DNA of 64,000 nucleotides from Selaginella moellendorffii (taxonomy: Eukaryota > Plantae > Lycopodiophyta). Location: positions 1,307,771-1,371,770 of the forward strand of contig NW_003314314.1 of NCBI RefSeq assembly GCF_000143415.4, given 5' to 3'. The translations under genes and the position numbers were made by a program. Positions 1 through 12,939 of this stretch are shown here, piece after piece. Numbering within the stretch: position 1 is the stretch's first letter; the number at the start of each line of letters is the position of its first letter. The notes below the pieces were generated by a model that did no database searches, was not told the DNA's origin, and saw only the letters and a program-made list of their open reading frames with translations.

Positions 1-1265
1 GCAGTGCACTCCTCACACTTTGAAAAGCTGGAGTACTTTCCTATACTCACATCCCTGAACCTGTTGCTCCACAATCTACTAAATCTAGATTGGCTCAGCT
101 TCCTGTAGCCATTACTCTGGAGTTCCCGATTCACATCTTCCAATATGGCCCCCTTGGTATACATGGAAGGGAGAACTCGTTGGGTGTCTCGTGTTCCATC
201 TTCCAAGAGGTAGGTTTTATGTGGTTGCTGCTCGCTACATGTCTCGACAAACCTCTTGAAGATTGCCTCTCCATATACAACATGACCCCTAGTTTTGTGC
301 GTACCGTCGTTCCCATGGACTACCTGTTGAACCCTTTGTTCCTCGAACTCAGTTTTGATTCTGTAGAATGTGGTTCAAGGGACTCCATAAATGATTCTCC
401 ATGCCTTCATGCAGACCAAACCCCTCTGGAAGACCATGCCCCCCACCTGATGTTCTGAAGCATCAACAGATGATCGTAATGCCTCATACACAAAATTGCG
501 AGCTGCCTTCCAGGACAATGTCTTGTATCTTGCTCTCTCCTCTTCAATAGCATCCCAATCAGCATGTTGACAGCACCTCCTCTTGCAACAAGCAACTGTC
601 GAGACCATTCGAACCTCCATCGCCATTTTCTGCCTTTTCGGTTCGTTGCTCAGATCCCTTTGGCTGCGCTTTAGGAAGGTGTACTTTCTTTTCCCATGAA
701 GAGATGTTCTATCATCAGTTGTAGTGGTGTTTGATTGTGAATCCTTCACATTCTCAAAAACTAAGTGCCTCAATTTCCACCGCACAATGCTTCCAATAGT
801 CAGACTGTTTTCTTCTGTGTCAACAACCTCTAAAATCGCAACTCCAATATCATCCCAGCCCAATTCTTGATTAGCAACCGCATCTCTTGGATCGACAACT
901 GTGGCTAAGCCCTCAGCTACCACCTCCCCCTCGGGGTTGTTTAGAAACACCTTCGCCTGAATCCATGTAGCATGGTTATTAAGATCCACGGAGGGAACAT
1001 GCGTCGCACTTGCGCTGTCCCCAACATCTGCTTTCTTCTGAAGATTTTTCAAGGCAACAACAACATTTACCCCGACGACCATCTCTCCTCGTTCAATAGC
1101 GACCACATTCCCATCGAAGACAGTCTCTACTGATACAGCAGCATTGCCTTCCCCAAGCCTTTGACAGTGTATAACAAAGTTCCGATCCATAGACACAAGG
1201 GTCCCTTTTGCAACTCTCTTCCCACCATTCAAAATGTAAACCTTTTCCCCAACCCTGAAGGCCAT
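1..1265 (-). pseudogene. Sola-like DDD transposase, 5' part (copy A), premature stop
   Basis: ORF 375-1265 continues into sequence matching the transposase of copy C. CGA in C is TGA here (GVPR becomes GVP*). Confidence 0.8.
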
Positions 1266-4146
1266 TCTGAAAGTGCAAAAAAGAAGTTAAGACCATATAA
1301 AAAATGATTGGAGAATGGCCTAAATCATAACATACCAAACAACCTCAATAGCATGAGGCCACATGCCATTATTCAAATATGCTATTGACACCCACGTGAA
1401 ATTTTGCATTCACAAAATTGGCATGAGGCCTCATGCCATCTTGATATACACACAGCTGCAAGCAAGTAAAAACATACATGACAATACGCCAGCCATGAAA
1501 TTGCAAGGGCCCAAGATGGCATGTGGCCTCATGCCATTTCTAAATGTGGTCCTAAGCCATTCCATGGTGAACATACCAGGAAGCACAAGTGCCGAATATC
1601 AAGAGGAAGCGGTAGCCACACCAAAGACAGTGCCGCTCGCAACACCGCAACTACTCGTAGCGCCGCTCGCACAAACTGCCACTCGCATAAACTGCCGCTC
1701 GCAATGGCGCTCGCAATGCCGCAACCGCTCATAGACGCATAAACCACAGCCCACAATGCCGCTTACACAAGCAGCGCTCACTGCGCTCAGCGGAACCAAG
1801 AACACGGCGCACAAAAATGATAGACCTAAGAATGAGTTCGAGAATTGAAAAATAACACACGCTTGAATGTCACATCAAATCCTCTGACAAACCAGATCTT
1901 ATGACTCCTCTGACAAATTTCAAACTAAGTAGCTTCTAGACTTTGCTGTCGGAGGTTGAACTTTGTCACATCATGTCCTTGCCTCGATCCAGCTGTGCCA
2001 TGTCAGTGATTCGAACTTTGCCATGCCATGTCAGCGATCCGCGCCAAGATTATTCGCTGTGTAAAGGAATAATTATGCTCTGTGTGTACGTCCATTTATG
2101 GCAATATAAGGCCACACGCCATTCAAAGAATAATGCTAGTCGAGCATTTTTTGGTGCATTTTTGGGTTCAAAATTGCATGAGCCCACACGCTATAAAGTT
2201 TACCTGTACCAAAAATAGAAACAGCTTTATTTACTTGGGAATTTAAGTGGTTGAGGCATTTTTAAACTTACAAACACATGCCCTACTTACATTTCTTTGG
2301 TTGCTTAAAATTCAAAAATATTATAAACCTTTCTTTTTGCATTTTCAATGTTTTCAATTATGGTTTTTGATTTTCGCAGGACCAGCCTAGTAATCTATTT
2401 GCATCCCGTCATGTTTATAGCTAGCTTTCGTTTGTCCCCTTCGCTAGCCTGAGATACATCTGCTCGGCATCTGCCTCTTACAGCATTTGCCCAGAAAGGG
2501 CATCTTTCTTCACGCAGCATTTGCCACATGTTTAGGGTTTAGGGTTTAGCAATTCAGTAACTTGATAAACATGCAAATACAGAACTTGATGCAAAATCCT
2601 TTGATATGTCACAATGCCCTTAGGACCATAAACACATTTCAATAGAGAGGGTCTTTTCATTTTATAACTCCTTACGTAGATCTTGGTGAAACCAGAGTTA
2701 GTGAAGTTAGTTTCTTGTGATCCCACATCTGATTGTGATGTCCCTTTGCAGTGTCGATGGAAAGGTCAATGCACACCAAACTGTAAAATCTTGGAGCAAA
2801 ATAATGGTCGGATCTATGGCAAATGCCCCTGAAACATTGTAAGGTTCGTGTGGTCTCATGTGGTGTCCGATCGAGATGCTTCTTTGTAGGGTCATCAAGA
2901 AAGACATTGTATACCATTCTGTAAAATCTAGTTGCGATCTAACGGTTGGATCTCCAGAAAACTCAAAAAAATCTCGCGCGTGTCAGAATATCCTAGGAAT
3001 ATACTCTTATGTGCCCCTGAAAATGGCATGCGGCCCCACGCGATTCAAGAGATAACGCCACATGACGCCGAGAATTTTTTGGTGCATTTTTTGGGTTCAA
3101 AATTGCATGAGCCCACACGCTATAAAGTTTATCTTTCCCAAATAGAGAAAAGTTTATCTGTGTCATGTGAGGTAGTTACAGTCCTTTGTGCTCGGCATCT
3201 GCCTCTTGCAGCATTTGCACTGAAAGGGAATTTTTCTCCATTCAGCATTTGGCCCTGAAAATGGCATGCGCCCACACGCCATTCAAGGAATAACGCCACA
3301 GGACGCTTGGATTTTTGGGTTTAAAATGTTTAGGGTTTTTTGGGTTTTTTCAAAATATTTTGGGTCCAACGTTTTTTGGGTTTCTTTGGTTCAAAATTGC
3401 ATGAGCCCACACGCTATAATATTGATTTGAGAGAAAAATAGAAACAGATAGAATTTCTTTATTTAGCTAAACATCTGCCATTTTTGGAAATACAAGATGC
3501 TTTGGAATATCCAATCATGCATGGTATAAATATAGCGAGGGTATTAAATGATATCCCAATCATGATCTTTCTTTTGGATTTCGCGTGCATGCAGTCCGAG
3601 GAATGATGACGTTGCGGATTTCTTTTGGATTTTACGTGCTTGCATGCGCATGGCAATCCAGAAATTAATGGTGGCGCCCAAGTCCGAGGAATGATGACGT
3701 GGCGGGATTACCAACCATTGTGACATTTCGCGCGTGTGAGGTTAGGTTTTGCATTTTGCTTCGTACTTGCGCTCGCACACTCGCGCTCGCGCTCGCATCA
3801 CACTCGCGCTCCCGCTCGCATCGCGCTCCCACTCGCGATCACGCTGACTTCTCTACAGGTTTCTCGTGTGCATCGGCGTCCACTCGCGCTTGCATCACAC
3901 TCGCGCTCGCATCGCGCTCGTGTGCATCGGCGTCCACTTCAAGACACACCCAGTTTGTAACTTCGCCGCCAACTCCGCCGCCCACTCCGCCACCCACACG
4001 CAGCCCACTTGGCGTCCCGGGAGATTTCAGCGCCACTCTCCAACTGTAAGTGGCAGAGTAGCCTTGCTGCTACGATCCGCTGCACACACAGTGCACATTC
4101 GCCAGCGAGTCCGGCCTCGATTGTCATGGCCTCCATTCGGCTTCAA

Positions 4147-7100
4147 ATGGTAAGTCTTTTAGGCCAAGTAGAAAATGGCATGAGGCCACATGCCATTCAG
4201 TAGCAACATTGGCATGCACCGATTGGGCTCTCGAGTGCAGTCCGGTTACAGATGGCGTGTAGCCTCACGCCATCTTAGGATGCAGCCTCAAGACATCTGA
4301 TGCAGTGGTGAATGGCGTTTGGCCTCACGTTATTTCCAGCTGCTAGCTTTTCATCTGTCAGCTCTAATTGTTGTGCATTTCTGAACAGGCGAGGAATTGC
4401 GTTCTTCTTCCAGCCACTGTCAATGTGGATGCAGAGAAGGGGGAGGAGCTCACCAGTTGGACTTTCGGGATGGAAGGCGAGGATCTGATGCTGTACAACA
4501 CAGATGGTGGGAGAAAAGAATGCATGGGGATCCTCATCCAAGTGACAGACACTCCATGCAGTTCCATGCAAGAATATGGACTGGCACTTGTGGTAGAGAC
4601 AGCATCCGCCCTCAAGATCCACCTTGCACATCCTAGCGGCTTCCCGGAGGGGGGCAGCGGCTATGAGGAATTCCTAGAGGGAGCTAGGGAGAGGTTGTCT
4701 AGGAGGCCCACAATTTCAAAGACGCTGCGGGTCTATGAAGATCACATGGAATCCACAGACCTCACCTACGGCGATGTTCAAAAACTATATTCCAACATTG
4801 AGCCGTTGAGAGTGCCTCCAGTTCGCGAAGCGAAGGGGAAGGGGGTCGATCTGGAAACTACCCCGAAGCTGAAAAGGGTGGTCAAGCTCAAGCCGACGTC
4901 CGACTCTGCTGCTCCAAAAAAGAAGCTACTCGGTGATGCCATTGCCTCGGGTTCGAACACTACACCCACCAAAAAGAAGAGCCGCAAAGAGCAGAAAGAG
5001 CAAGAAGAGGCAGCAAAAATCGTCGCAGATAATAGTACTTGTTACTATTCCAACAAAGTATATACAATCGACGTGAGCCGTATCGACATCCAAAGCAAAT
5101 ACAACCACAGGCTAGTATCTGATGAGTGGTTGGAGAAACTGAAGCAGAAGATGCTGGCAAGTCCAGTAACACCTGACATCGCAGACGTGATCCCCTACTA
5201 CCAAACAATGAAGGGCAAGACGAGGTTTCCAAACTTGATCAACAGGAAGGTGTTGGACGATTAGAACATCCGGTTCTATGCCGTCTCCGGGCAGCATTCT
5301 AGCTTGGCGATGCAAGAGATAGTTCTGGATATTATGGTGGGCGAGGAGGTGAAGAAAGTCTTCAAGACAAGAGTTGTCCGCCTGATAAAAGGCAACTCGC
5401 CCCTCCGATCTATCATATCCATCTCCCACGCGCAGAATGTCAAGCAAGAAACGTGCTACAAATCGGGTCTGCACGAGACATTGGCACGAACACGGAAGCT
5501 CTGAGTTCAACTGAAGAAGCCACAAAAACTAGGACAAGGACGTGCACTAGCAACTAGCGCCTGGCAGGTAAGCCTCGTTGCATGTGGCATAGCATGTGGC
5601 CTCACGCCATTTCCATTGCAGGAATTCTCGAGTCTTCTCTCGAAAACACTGAGGGTCAATGACACACTCAGCATCCATAACATTCTACTCGCGACAAAAG
5701 TTGTTTTTGACAAATGGGTAGATGTGCTAAGGAGGTACCATGACGGGGAGTTGCTAAACTCAATGGGTGTGGAGGACGGCCGGAAGCCCAATGATTTGAA
5801 GCTCAACGCCTTGCGTTTCTCGCGGTCTCTAGACGACGACGACCTTCTGACAGTGGCTAATGCTCTTCTACGTGGTGAGGTAGTCTTCAACAAGACCAAA
5901 ATGACTCCCGGCCATATTGTGACATACGAGGACTTGTGCACGACTCTGAGAGCTCGTGCGCTATTGAAGGATTGGATCTTCGAGCAAGTGGCCGTGGAGA
6001 GGGTGAGCATCGACACCACGCAAGAGATGATGGAAGAGCTGGAGTTGTCAAATGAAGACATCGACGAGTACGTGAAGGGGGCCCCCAAGTTCATCGATCT
6101 GCTGCGGGATGTCACGAAAAGTAAAGCTGAGAAGTTGGATCAGTATCCAAATTTCATTAAGAGGGATGTCGACCGCCGGCTTCAGAAACAGCTCGACCCC
6201 GCAGCAGAGGCCTATCGAGAACCTTACCGGGTATACGTGAGGATCAAAGGTGGAGGAGCATCGTTTCCCGCGGAGATGAGCAGGTCAAGAGCATCTTTTG
6301 TGTGATGGACTTCACAAACGAAGAGATCACTCATGCAGACGAAGTCAGCTCCATCATTGACTTAATGGTGGGACTTGCGGAGGTGGAATCTTCAGTCCAC
6401 TATATGATCTACGACTCCGAATCCTATCACAAGTTCTGGAAGGCCTTGAACGAGGTGAAGGCTCGGTTGAAAGGCAAGGAGATGCGGGAGATCCATGGGA
6501 TAATGGCTAAGAAGAAGATACTGACGAATGTCTGCATCTTCACACTCGCCCTTGTTATTGGTCCTGCAGCAGAGTGGGACTGGAGTGACTTCCCAGCTTC
6601 GTTCGACAAGGCCGATCGAATTGATCTGAGGGAGGTCAATTTACCCGTGTCTAAGGAACTGAAGACGGCTATGGAGCTTTCGAATCCAGAGAAAGCTCCA
6701 GGTGCAGCATGGGAAATGCTCAGCTGGGTCTTCAACGCAATAGCGGGTGACACCAAGGGCAAATGCGTTGTCGAGTACAACTGCGGCGGACTATTCTTTC
6801 GAGCCGCACTACTCAAGGGTGTCCCGTGGGTTGCGGTGACAAACTCCATTGAAGAGGTGACTTCAATGGAGCATATAATTACAGTTGCCAAAGAAAAACA
6901 GTATCTTCTCTGCGAACCTGGTGAGTACGCACTTTAAGTTTAAATGTTATCTCACAAGCTCTGTATGCAGGAGCGTGGCCACCCCCAGATGCTGAAATGG
7001 CGTTAACAGCTACTGATGTTAGGCCGAGCTCACAACCTGCACAAGGTAAGGTCACGTGAGGCCTCACGCCATTTTGATTATAGATTGTTGTGAATATTCA

Positions 7101-9195
7101 GACACGAGGACTGAAAAGCGCACTGGTGGCGCGTCGAAGAAGGACAAACAGACAAGCAATAGGAAAAAAGGAGGTACAAATTATATTTGCAATGGCGTGT
7201 GGTCTCATGCCATTCCTTGCAGGAGACACTTCTTCAAAGGCAAAACAGGCAAGCACCAGCCAAGCTCAAACTGACAGTGGTCATAAAAAGCGAAAGCACG
7301 TTGGACAGTCGTCGGGATCAGAGGCGTTTGATTTGAAAAGGAAGAAGGGCAACGAAAAGGTGATAGGTAATGCCTCGCGGTTATGGCGTGTGTGCTCATG
7401 CCATTCATTGCAGATCAAGGGCTGAGTGAAAGGAGCCAGTCACCACCTCCTGACTCAGATTCCTATGGCGGACTCCCCTTCCCCAATCTCAATGGAGAGG
7501 TACAATGGATGAGGGATGCTTTTCAAGTTAGGGCCACGTTTTTCTCATCTCGTCGTCTTCGAAGGGTGCAAGAACGTGCAGAAACCATGTTAAGACAGTC
7601 GGGTGAGGATACGGTCCTAGGTCAAGCACTGAAACATGCTATGGATGTCTTGTATTTTGAGATGGAGACTCGGCCAGATGATTTTCCCAAGATGGTCCTG
7701 GAAAAACAAGCCATCCAGCCTGAGCAGCCTATGGAAGAAATGCAAGAGGGGGATGAGGAGCCAGAGAAAGATAATGAGCAGGAAGAGCAGAAGGACGAAG
7801 AGGAGGACAAAGAAGAGGAGGACGAAGAAGAGGAGGACGAAGAGGACTTGGATGGTCCTCACAATGGTGACGATCACAATAACGACGACAACGATGATGA
7901 CGACGATGGCCAGCCTGAGGTGGCCAAAGAGCAGCGGAGGAAGGTCATACAAGACAAACCATCAGGTAAATAATAGTACATCCATTCCTAACCTTTTACC
8001 ATTTCTAACATTGTCCATGTAGGTTGCAGAGCAAATGGTAAGTAGAGATTATTCAGTTGAATTAAGATACAAACTCTAGCCTTTAGTGTCGAGGAAGGAT
8101 AGTGCCAAGCAAGGGTCGAAACGTATGTCCAATCCTTCAGAATCAGCAGTGCGCCCAATAGCAGTTGATGGTAAATACAGTATAGTCGATTCAATGTGCT
8201 AATGAGTTTGTTTTTAGTAGCCAGTAGGGAGGATACCATCTCAATCGAAGGGAGATATTTGGACATGCATATGGATCCGCCAGTGGACTCTACTTGCCTG
8301 CAAGAGTCATCAGAGCTGGTGGAGGCTACTATCCATATCAACGCCAAGCAAGCTGACCACGCTCCACTTGATGTTGCCCATACCACTGAGTCAATCTTGT
8401 CCACGTATCCAACTGACGGTGACCAGGCGCCATTGGACCAAGTTGGTCAAAAGAGACAGATTCACATTAATCACACGGGAGAAACTGCGGGATCTAATAA
8501 TGACCATGCGACACTTAAAACAGAGGGCCGGGTTCAATTTGCAATTGGGAGTTTGGACATCCATGATGCGCCACAATGCATTAACGTTGCTACAGATGAT
8601 GCACGATCAGACGCAAGTAATATTACCATTTGACTTTCTCCTAATGCAGGAGGATTGCTTGACTATGGTCCATGTGAGGGGTAGCAAGCCCATCTTCGTC
8701 AAGCCAGAGGCTGTAGTGATGAACCGGACTGCTAGGTCAAGTGAAATCCTCATCATCGATGACTCGCCGATTAAAACTGCAGCGAACACGCATACATATG
8801 CAGTGCACCCCATCTCTTGCAGTATGGAAACTAGGGAGAAGAAACTGTATGTTCTGGGGGACCTTGCAAAACGGCTTGGAGCGATGGTGATAGAGAACCG
8901 GCCAATCCAGGAGGTGGCTGCAGAAATCAACCAAATGGCAGATGGAACGGTATATCAGAAGCCATTTGATCGGACAGACACCAGTCATCATTTATGGCAT
9001 GTATATTGTCTAGCCAAGCACTATCCGCATCTCCATAATCTGCTCAACCGGATGGGTTCTTCGACCACTGAACATGAGCGTGGACGTATTAAAGAAGAGA
9101 TGGCATTACTATTGGGTTTAAATCCTGATAGTGTGGAGAGTGATGAAATTCCAAGATTATTGTATAGGCGTTGGAGGCAAAAAATAACAATCTGA
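4147..9195 (+). pseudogene. Multi-exon cargo gene (copy A): ParB/Srx-like, degenerate MTase-like, acidic linker and FCP1-like phosphatase regions
   Basis: ORFs 4368-5264, 5616-6305, 6302-6937, 7383-7973 and 8368-9195 are linked by GT-AG introns (4150-4388, 5568-5621, 6921-6970, 7046-7101, 7174-7222, 7367-7413). It has stops and deletions relative to copies B and C. Confidence 0.7.
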
Positions 9196-9613
9196 GATGG
9201 CATGTATTTATTTAAAAATGTAACTTATTATGGCATGGGGTTCCATGCCATTGTATTAATATTAAAAGACAATTCTTTGAGAGGATTTGCATTATACTAG
9301 AAGTGTTACAGCATGTTATTGGAAGTCTACGAAGTTGTTTTATTAATAAGGGGAAAGTAAAGATTGAATGGGGACTTGGGCTCCACCTAGACTCGGAGCA
9401 ACTAAGCCAATATTAAAAGGATGGAAAGAAATTGGACGACGATGACAAGGAGAAGAGAGAGGTGAAGCAGTGGCAGGGGGAGGAGAAGTGATTGAGTAGA
9501 CATTTCCTTGTTTAAAATAAAATGGCATGTGCCTCAATGCAGTTGAATTTTGTTATATTTATATACTATATAAAGGTTTGGAAACCTTATTTTACAAGTG
9601 GGATAATGACAAT

Positions 9614-9635
9614 TCCCACTTTAACGAAATAGAGC
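9614..9635. repeat. 22-bp terminal inverted repeat (cargo-gene end, copy A)
   Basis: Exact reverse complement of 20129-20150 and identical to 28117-28138 and 39489-39510. Confidence 0.95.
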
Positions 9636-9784
9636 TTGCTTTTAGTTTACATATTTAGTTTGCCTTTGTTGAGCCCATTCTAAAGAATCCCTCACTAGAT
9701 TCCAAATGTTGAGTCTTTTTGCCATGAATGCCTCCACTGCACGTAACTTTCCATGATACTCGGCCATGCCGACTTCCACAAGAC

Positions 9785-11467
9785 TGTGAGACACAAAATC
9801 CCCAAGCCCCAAAGTGGAGCCGGAAGGGCACCACGTGATAGTGGCCAAAGCGAAAGCCAAACGAGCGTAACACGTTTGGACTAAAAGCTCCGACTTGGAA
9901 GGTCGAGAGTGGGAGTGGAACTCCCAACAAAGTGCTCGAGGAGCGAGCACGAGGCAACCAATAAGCAAGGCTCCAAAAAGGGGATCCAAAAAGGACCCGA
10001 GATAGAGTCCGAGATGGACCCGAGATGGAGTCCGAGATGGAGTCCGGGATGGACCCGAGATGGAGTCTGAGATGGACCGAGACAAAGTCCGATATGGAGT
10101 CGGAGATGGACCCGAGATGGAGTCCGAGATGGAGTCCGAGATGGACCCGAGATGGAGTCTGAGATGGACCCGAGATGGAGTCTGAGATGGACCCGAGATG
10201 GAGTCCGAGATGGACCCGAGATGGAGTCTGAGATGGACCCGAGATGGAGTCTGAGATGGACCCGAGATGGAGTCCGAGATGGAGTCCGAGATGGACCCGA
10301 GATGGAGTCCGAGATGGAGTCTGAGATGGAACCGAGACTGAGACTGAGACTGAGGCCGAGACTGAGACCGAGACCGAGTCCGAGTCCGAAACCGGGACCG
10401 AGACTGAGTCCGAGTCTGAGTTCGAGCCCGAGATCGAGTCCGAATACTAATACAGGCAGTTGGGTGAAAGCCCAAAGCAATTCGTCCCCCAGGGGGGGGG
10501 GGGCCTGCGGGGGGTTCCAAAAGTTTAGTAGGGAGAGTGTGGGGGTTGGAGCCCAGTGGAGCCAGTTTGGCCAGGAAAGGCCAGTTTGGCCCAGGCAGGC
10601 CAGACCCAGTGTTGGGTGATGAGCTGACCACTGGGCAATCCAAGACTAGAGTGAACACGGACCGACAAGCTGGGTAGCTTGGTGAAGTGTTCAAGAGTCG
10701 GCTCTAGTTTCCCCGGGAGATCAATTGGCCGATGCTCCCAGTCCAAGTGTGGGTGGCACTACCTACTTGGATACCAGGCGTGGCTCAATGGAACCTCGCT
10801 CTAAGCCCATGGCTAGAGCACCCAAGGGCGGAAGGCGGGGAGAGTACCCAGGTGGCTCGCGTAAGGCCACGGTGTTCCAAAATGTTGTCCCAAAGGCCCA
10901 GACTGTGGAAAGGAAGAGGGCAGTCCTCTGGGGCAGTGACCAAGGATACAGTTGAGTGGTGAGGAAGTCCCAAAGGACCATGGGACTTAGTGGTCGGGCC
11001 TGTGGGCCTCGATCCAATGGCAGTGTTGGCGAACATGGCCATGGGCAGAAAGGGACTTGGTGAAGACCAAAAAGGGGATATTGGGGAAGGCTATCCCCCA
11101 TGTCTATGGGCATCTTAAGGATGCTAAGGAGTGGATCTGGAATGATCACTCATGGACAAATGGCCCAGTCCTTGAGAGATGGGACTGTGATGCAGGTGGT
11201 GTTAGACCATCGGTGTGACCAAGGTAAAGGGGCATGGCCTTAGCGTAACGGGCTGATATGTCAGTGGTACTTTGGGGTGTCGGTCATGGGATCGGACACG
11301 TGGAGCATTTGGATCAAGTGCAAAGGTTGAGTGGCGGGGATGCCATTCTTGGGGCTAGCAAGCCCAAGTCTGAAATAGGACTTATGGAGGTTGTGAGTGA
11401 GACTCCTCCCAATGGTTGAAGGTGTGGTTAAGTGACTAAAGTAGAATGGAAAATTTAGTCGCTTACA
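9785..11467 (+). mobile_element. Solo LTR, family LTR-A (~1.7 kb)
   Basis: TGTGAG...CTTACA termini with a perfect 5-bp TSD AAGAC (9780-9784 and 11468-11472). Homologous to 28185-29936 and 44536-46252. Confidence 0.9.
9995..10445. repeat. Tandem 11-12 bp (GAGATGGAGTCC/GAGATGGACCC) and 6-bp (GAGACC/GAGTCC) repeats inside LTR-A
   Basis: Directly visible. Equivalent arrays lie at about 29180-29705 and 44765-45285. Confidence 0.9.
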
Positions 11468-12939
11468 AAGACCTTCAATAGCTCACCCATTGATGACTTC
11501 CCATGGACTCCCCCTAATACTCGAATGTGGTGAGTTGTTATAACACATTTCCCCAAGTCCCAAATGACTTACCTAATTAGCCTAGTCTCTAGAGATATAG
11601 CATCCCAAATAATCCTCCAGTTGCCTATTCACTCTTTCTATTTTTCTGTCTATCAAGAAGCTTTAGTGCTATCAAATTTGACTTAATACCCAATACCTGT
11701 TTCTTGGTCATAGGCTAGGGTGAGTTTCAATTTGGAGCGATACGATTCCAGAAGAGTTCTCTAGAATCTACTGGTGAAGATTTTATCTCGATCTGAGATG
11801 ATCTCTTCTGGCCTTTCCTCCACTCAAACCACTTGTTCAAAGAATAACTTCGCCACACCTTCTGCATCCACTTCTATTATGGTGGGTATAAAATGTGCCA
11901 TATTCAAAAACCGGTCCACCACCACGAATATCACATCAAACCCCTCACTTGGGGGAAGTCCTTTGATGAAGTCCATTGTAAGACATTTCTACGGATGATC
12001 TAGAATTGGGAGGCTTTGTAATAAACCCCTACTATCCTTAATCACAGCTTTGACTTGCTAACATGTCGGACATGTCTTTACATAGCCTTGGACGTCCTTA
12101 GCCATGTCTGGCCAGTGATACTTCCTCTTGAATAAGCCCATCATTTTGGGCATTCTACTGTGTTCTACAAAAGATCCATCATGACACTCTTTTAATGCTA
12201 CTTTCCTTAGTTTCCCTTCTTGAACATACACCCTCATTTGTTTATAATAGATGAGTCCATTGCATTCCGCATAACCTATTTTCTCTTTTATTGGCAACTC
12301 ACCTCTCTAGTGAGCATCCCGTGCCTCTTGGTTCTTTAGCAACACTTCTTGTGCTAGACTATCATTCTCATATCTTGTCTGCACATCATCCCAAAAGGTT
12401 GCTCTTGCACTGGATATTGCCAACTTCAAGCTTGCCTTTCGACTTAGAGCATCTGCCACGATGTTGTTTTTCCCAAGTTTATACAGAATCTCACAATTAA
12501 ACTTGGCCAAAGCATTGTCCCACCACCCTTGTTTTCCTTTTATGTCAGGTTCCAATGCATCCCCTCACCTTGAGCCTAGGTTTGCAAGCTTGATATGAAG
12601 GCATGGAATGCATCCTTATCACCCATATCCATGACAAGTATCTTCTTTGCCATAAATGCATTCACATACTCTTGAATGGTTCCAGTCTGCTTTAGCCTAC
12701 TCAGTTCATCCCTTAAGTGCAGAGTAGCATTCGGAGGAACGTAAGTCACATGGATCATCACCTTCATCATTTCCTAAGTGGCCACTGGTCCTTCGTTGGC
12801 CTCTGTTGTTCTCCACCAAAACTTACATTATCTGCCAAGTATGGTTTTGCATATAAGACCTTTTCCAAGCTCGATAACCACAACACTCGGAACTAATCCT
12901 CCATATAGTCCCGAAGCAAATGTTACACCCATTGTTTGA

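Larger units (their letters stand above)
1..9635. mobile_element. TIR DNA transposon copy A (runs off left edge): transposase on minus strand, cargo gene on plus strand
   Basis: Ends in TIR TCCCACTTTAACGAAATAGAGC at 9614-9635. Near-identical in reverse complement to 20129-24444 and 31353-36075. Confidence 0.9.
9636..12917 (-). mobile_element. Degenerate Ty3/gypsy fragment (gag, RNase H end, integrase), interrupted by a solo LTR
   Basis: Integrase zinc motif (ECHD...H...YVKTCPTC, ORF 12058-12297), GKNNIVADALSR motif and gag-like ORF 12576-12770. Confidence 0.8.

Noticed and set aside
2530-2550. Interstitial telomere
   Set aside because: Fewer than three TTTAGGG units, better seen as a telo-box-like promoter motif.
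1348-9545. Dispersed palindrome as a CRISPR repeat, or MRPHAI/MACGLMPF as a peptide repeat family
   Set aside because: Spacing is irregular (tens to over a thousand bp). The peptides appear in any frame on both strands, so conservation is at the DNA level.
9995-10445. CRISPR-like appearance of the repeat array
   Set aside because: No unique spacers, units abut directly, no cas genes, eukaryotic LTR context.
9642-10694. Long ORFs (350, 378, 293, 278 aa etc.) over LTR-A repeats here and at 28907-30043 and 44632-45533
   Set aside because: They are open only because the tandem units lack stops in several frames, and they lie inside TSD-bounded LTRs.
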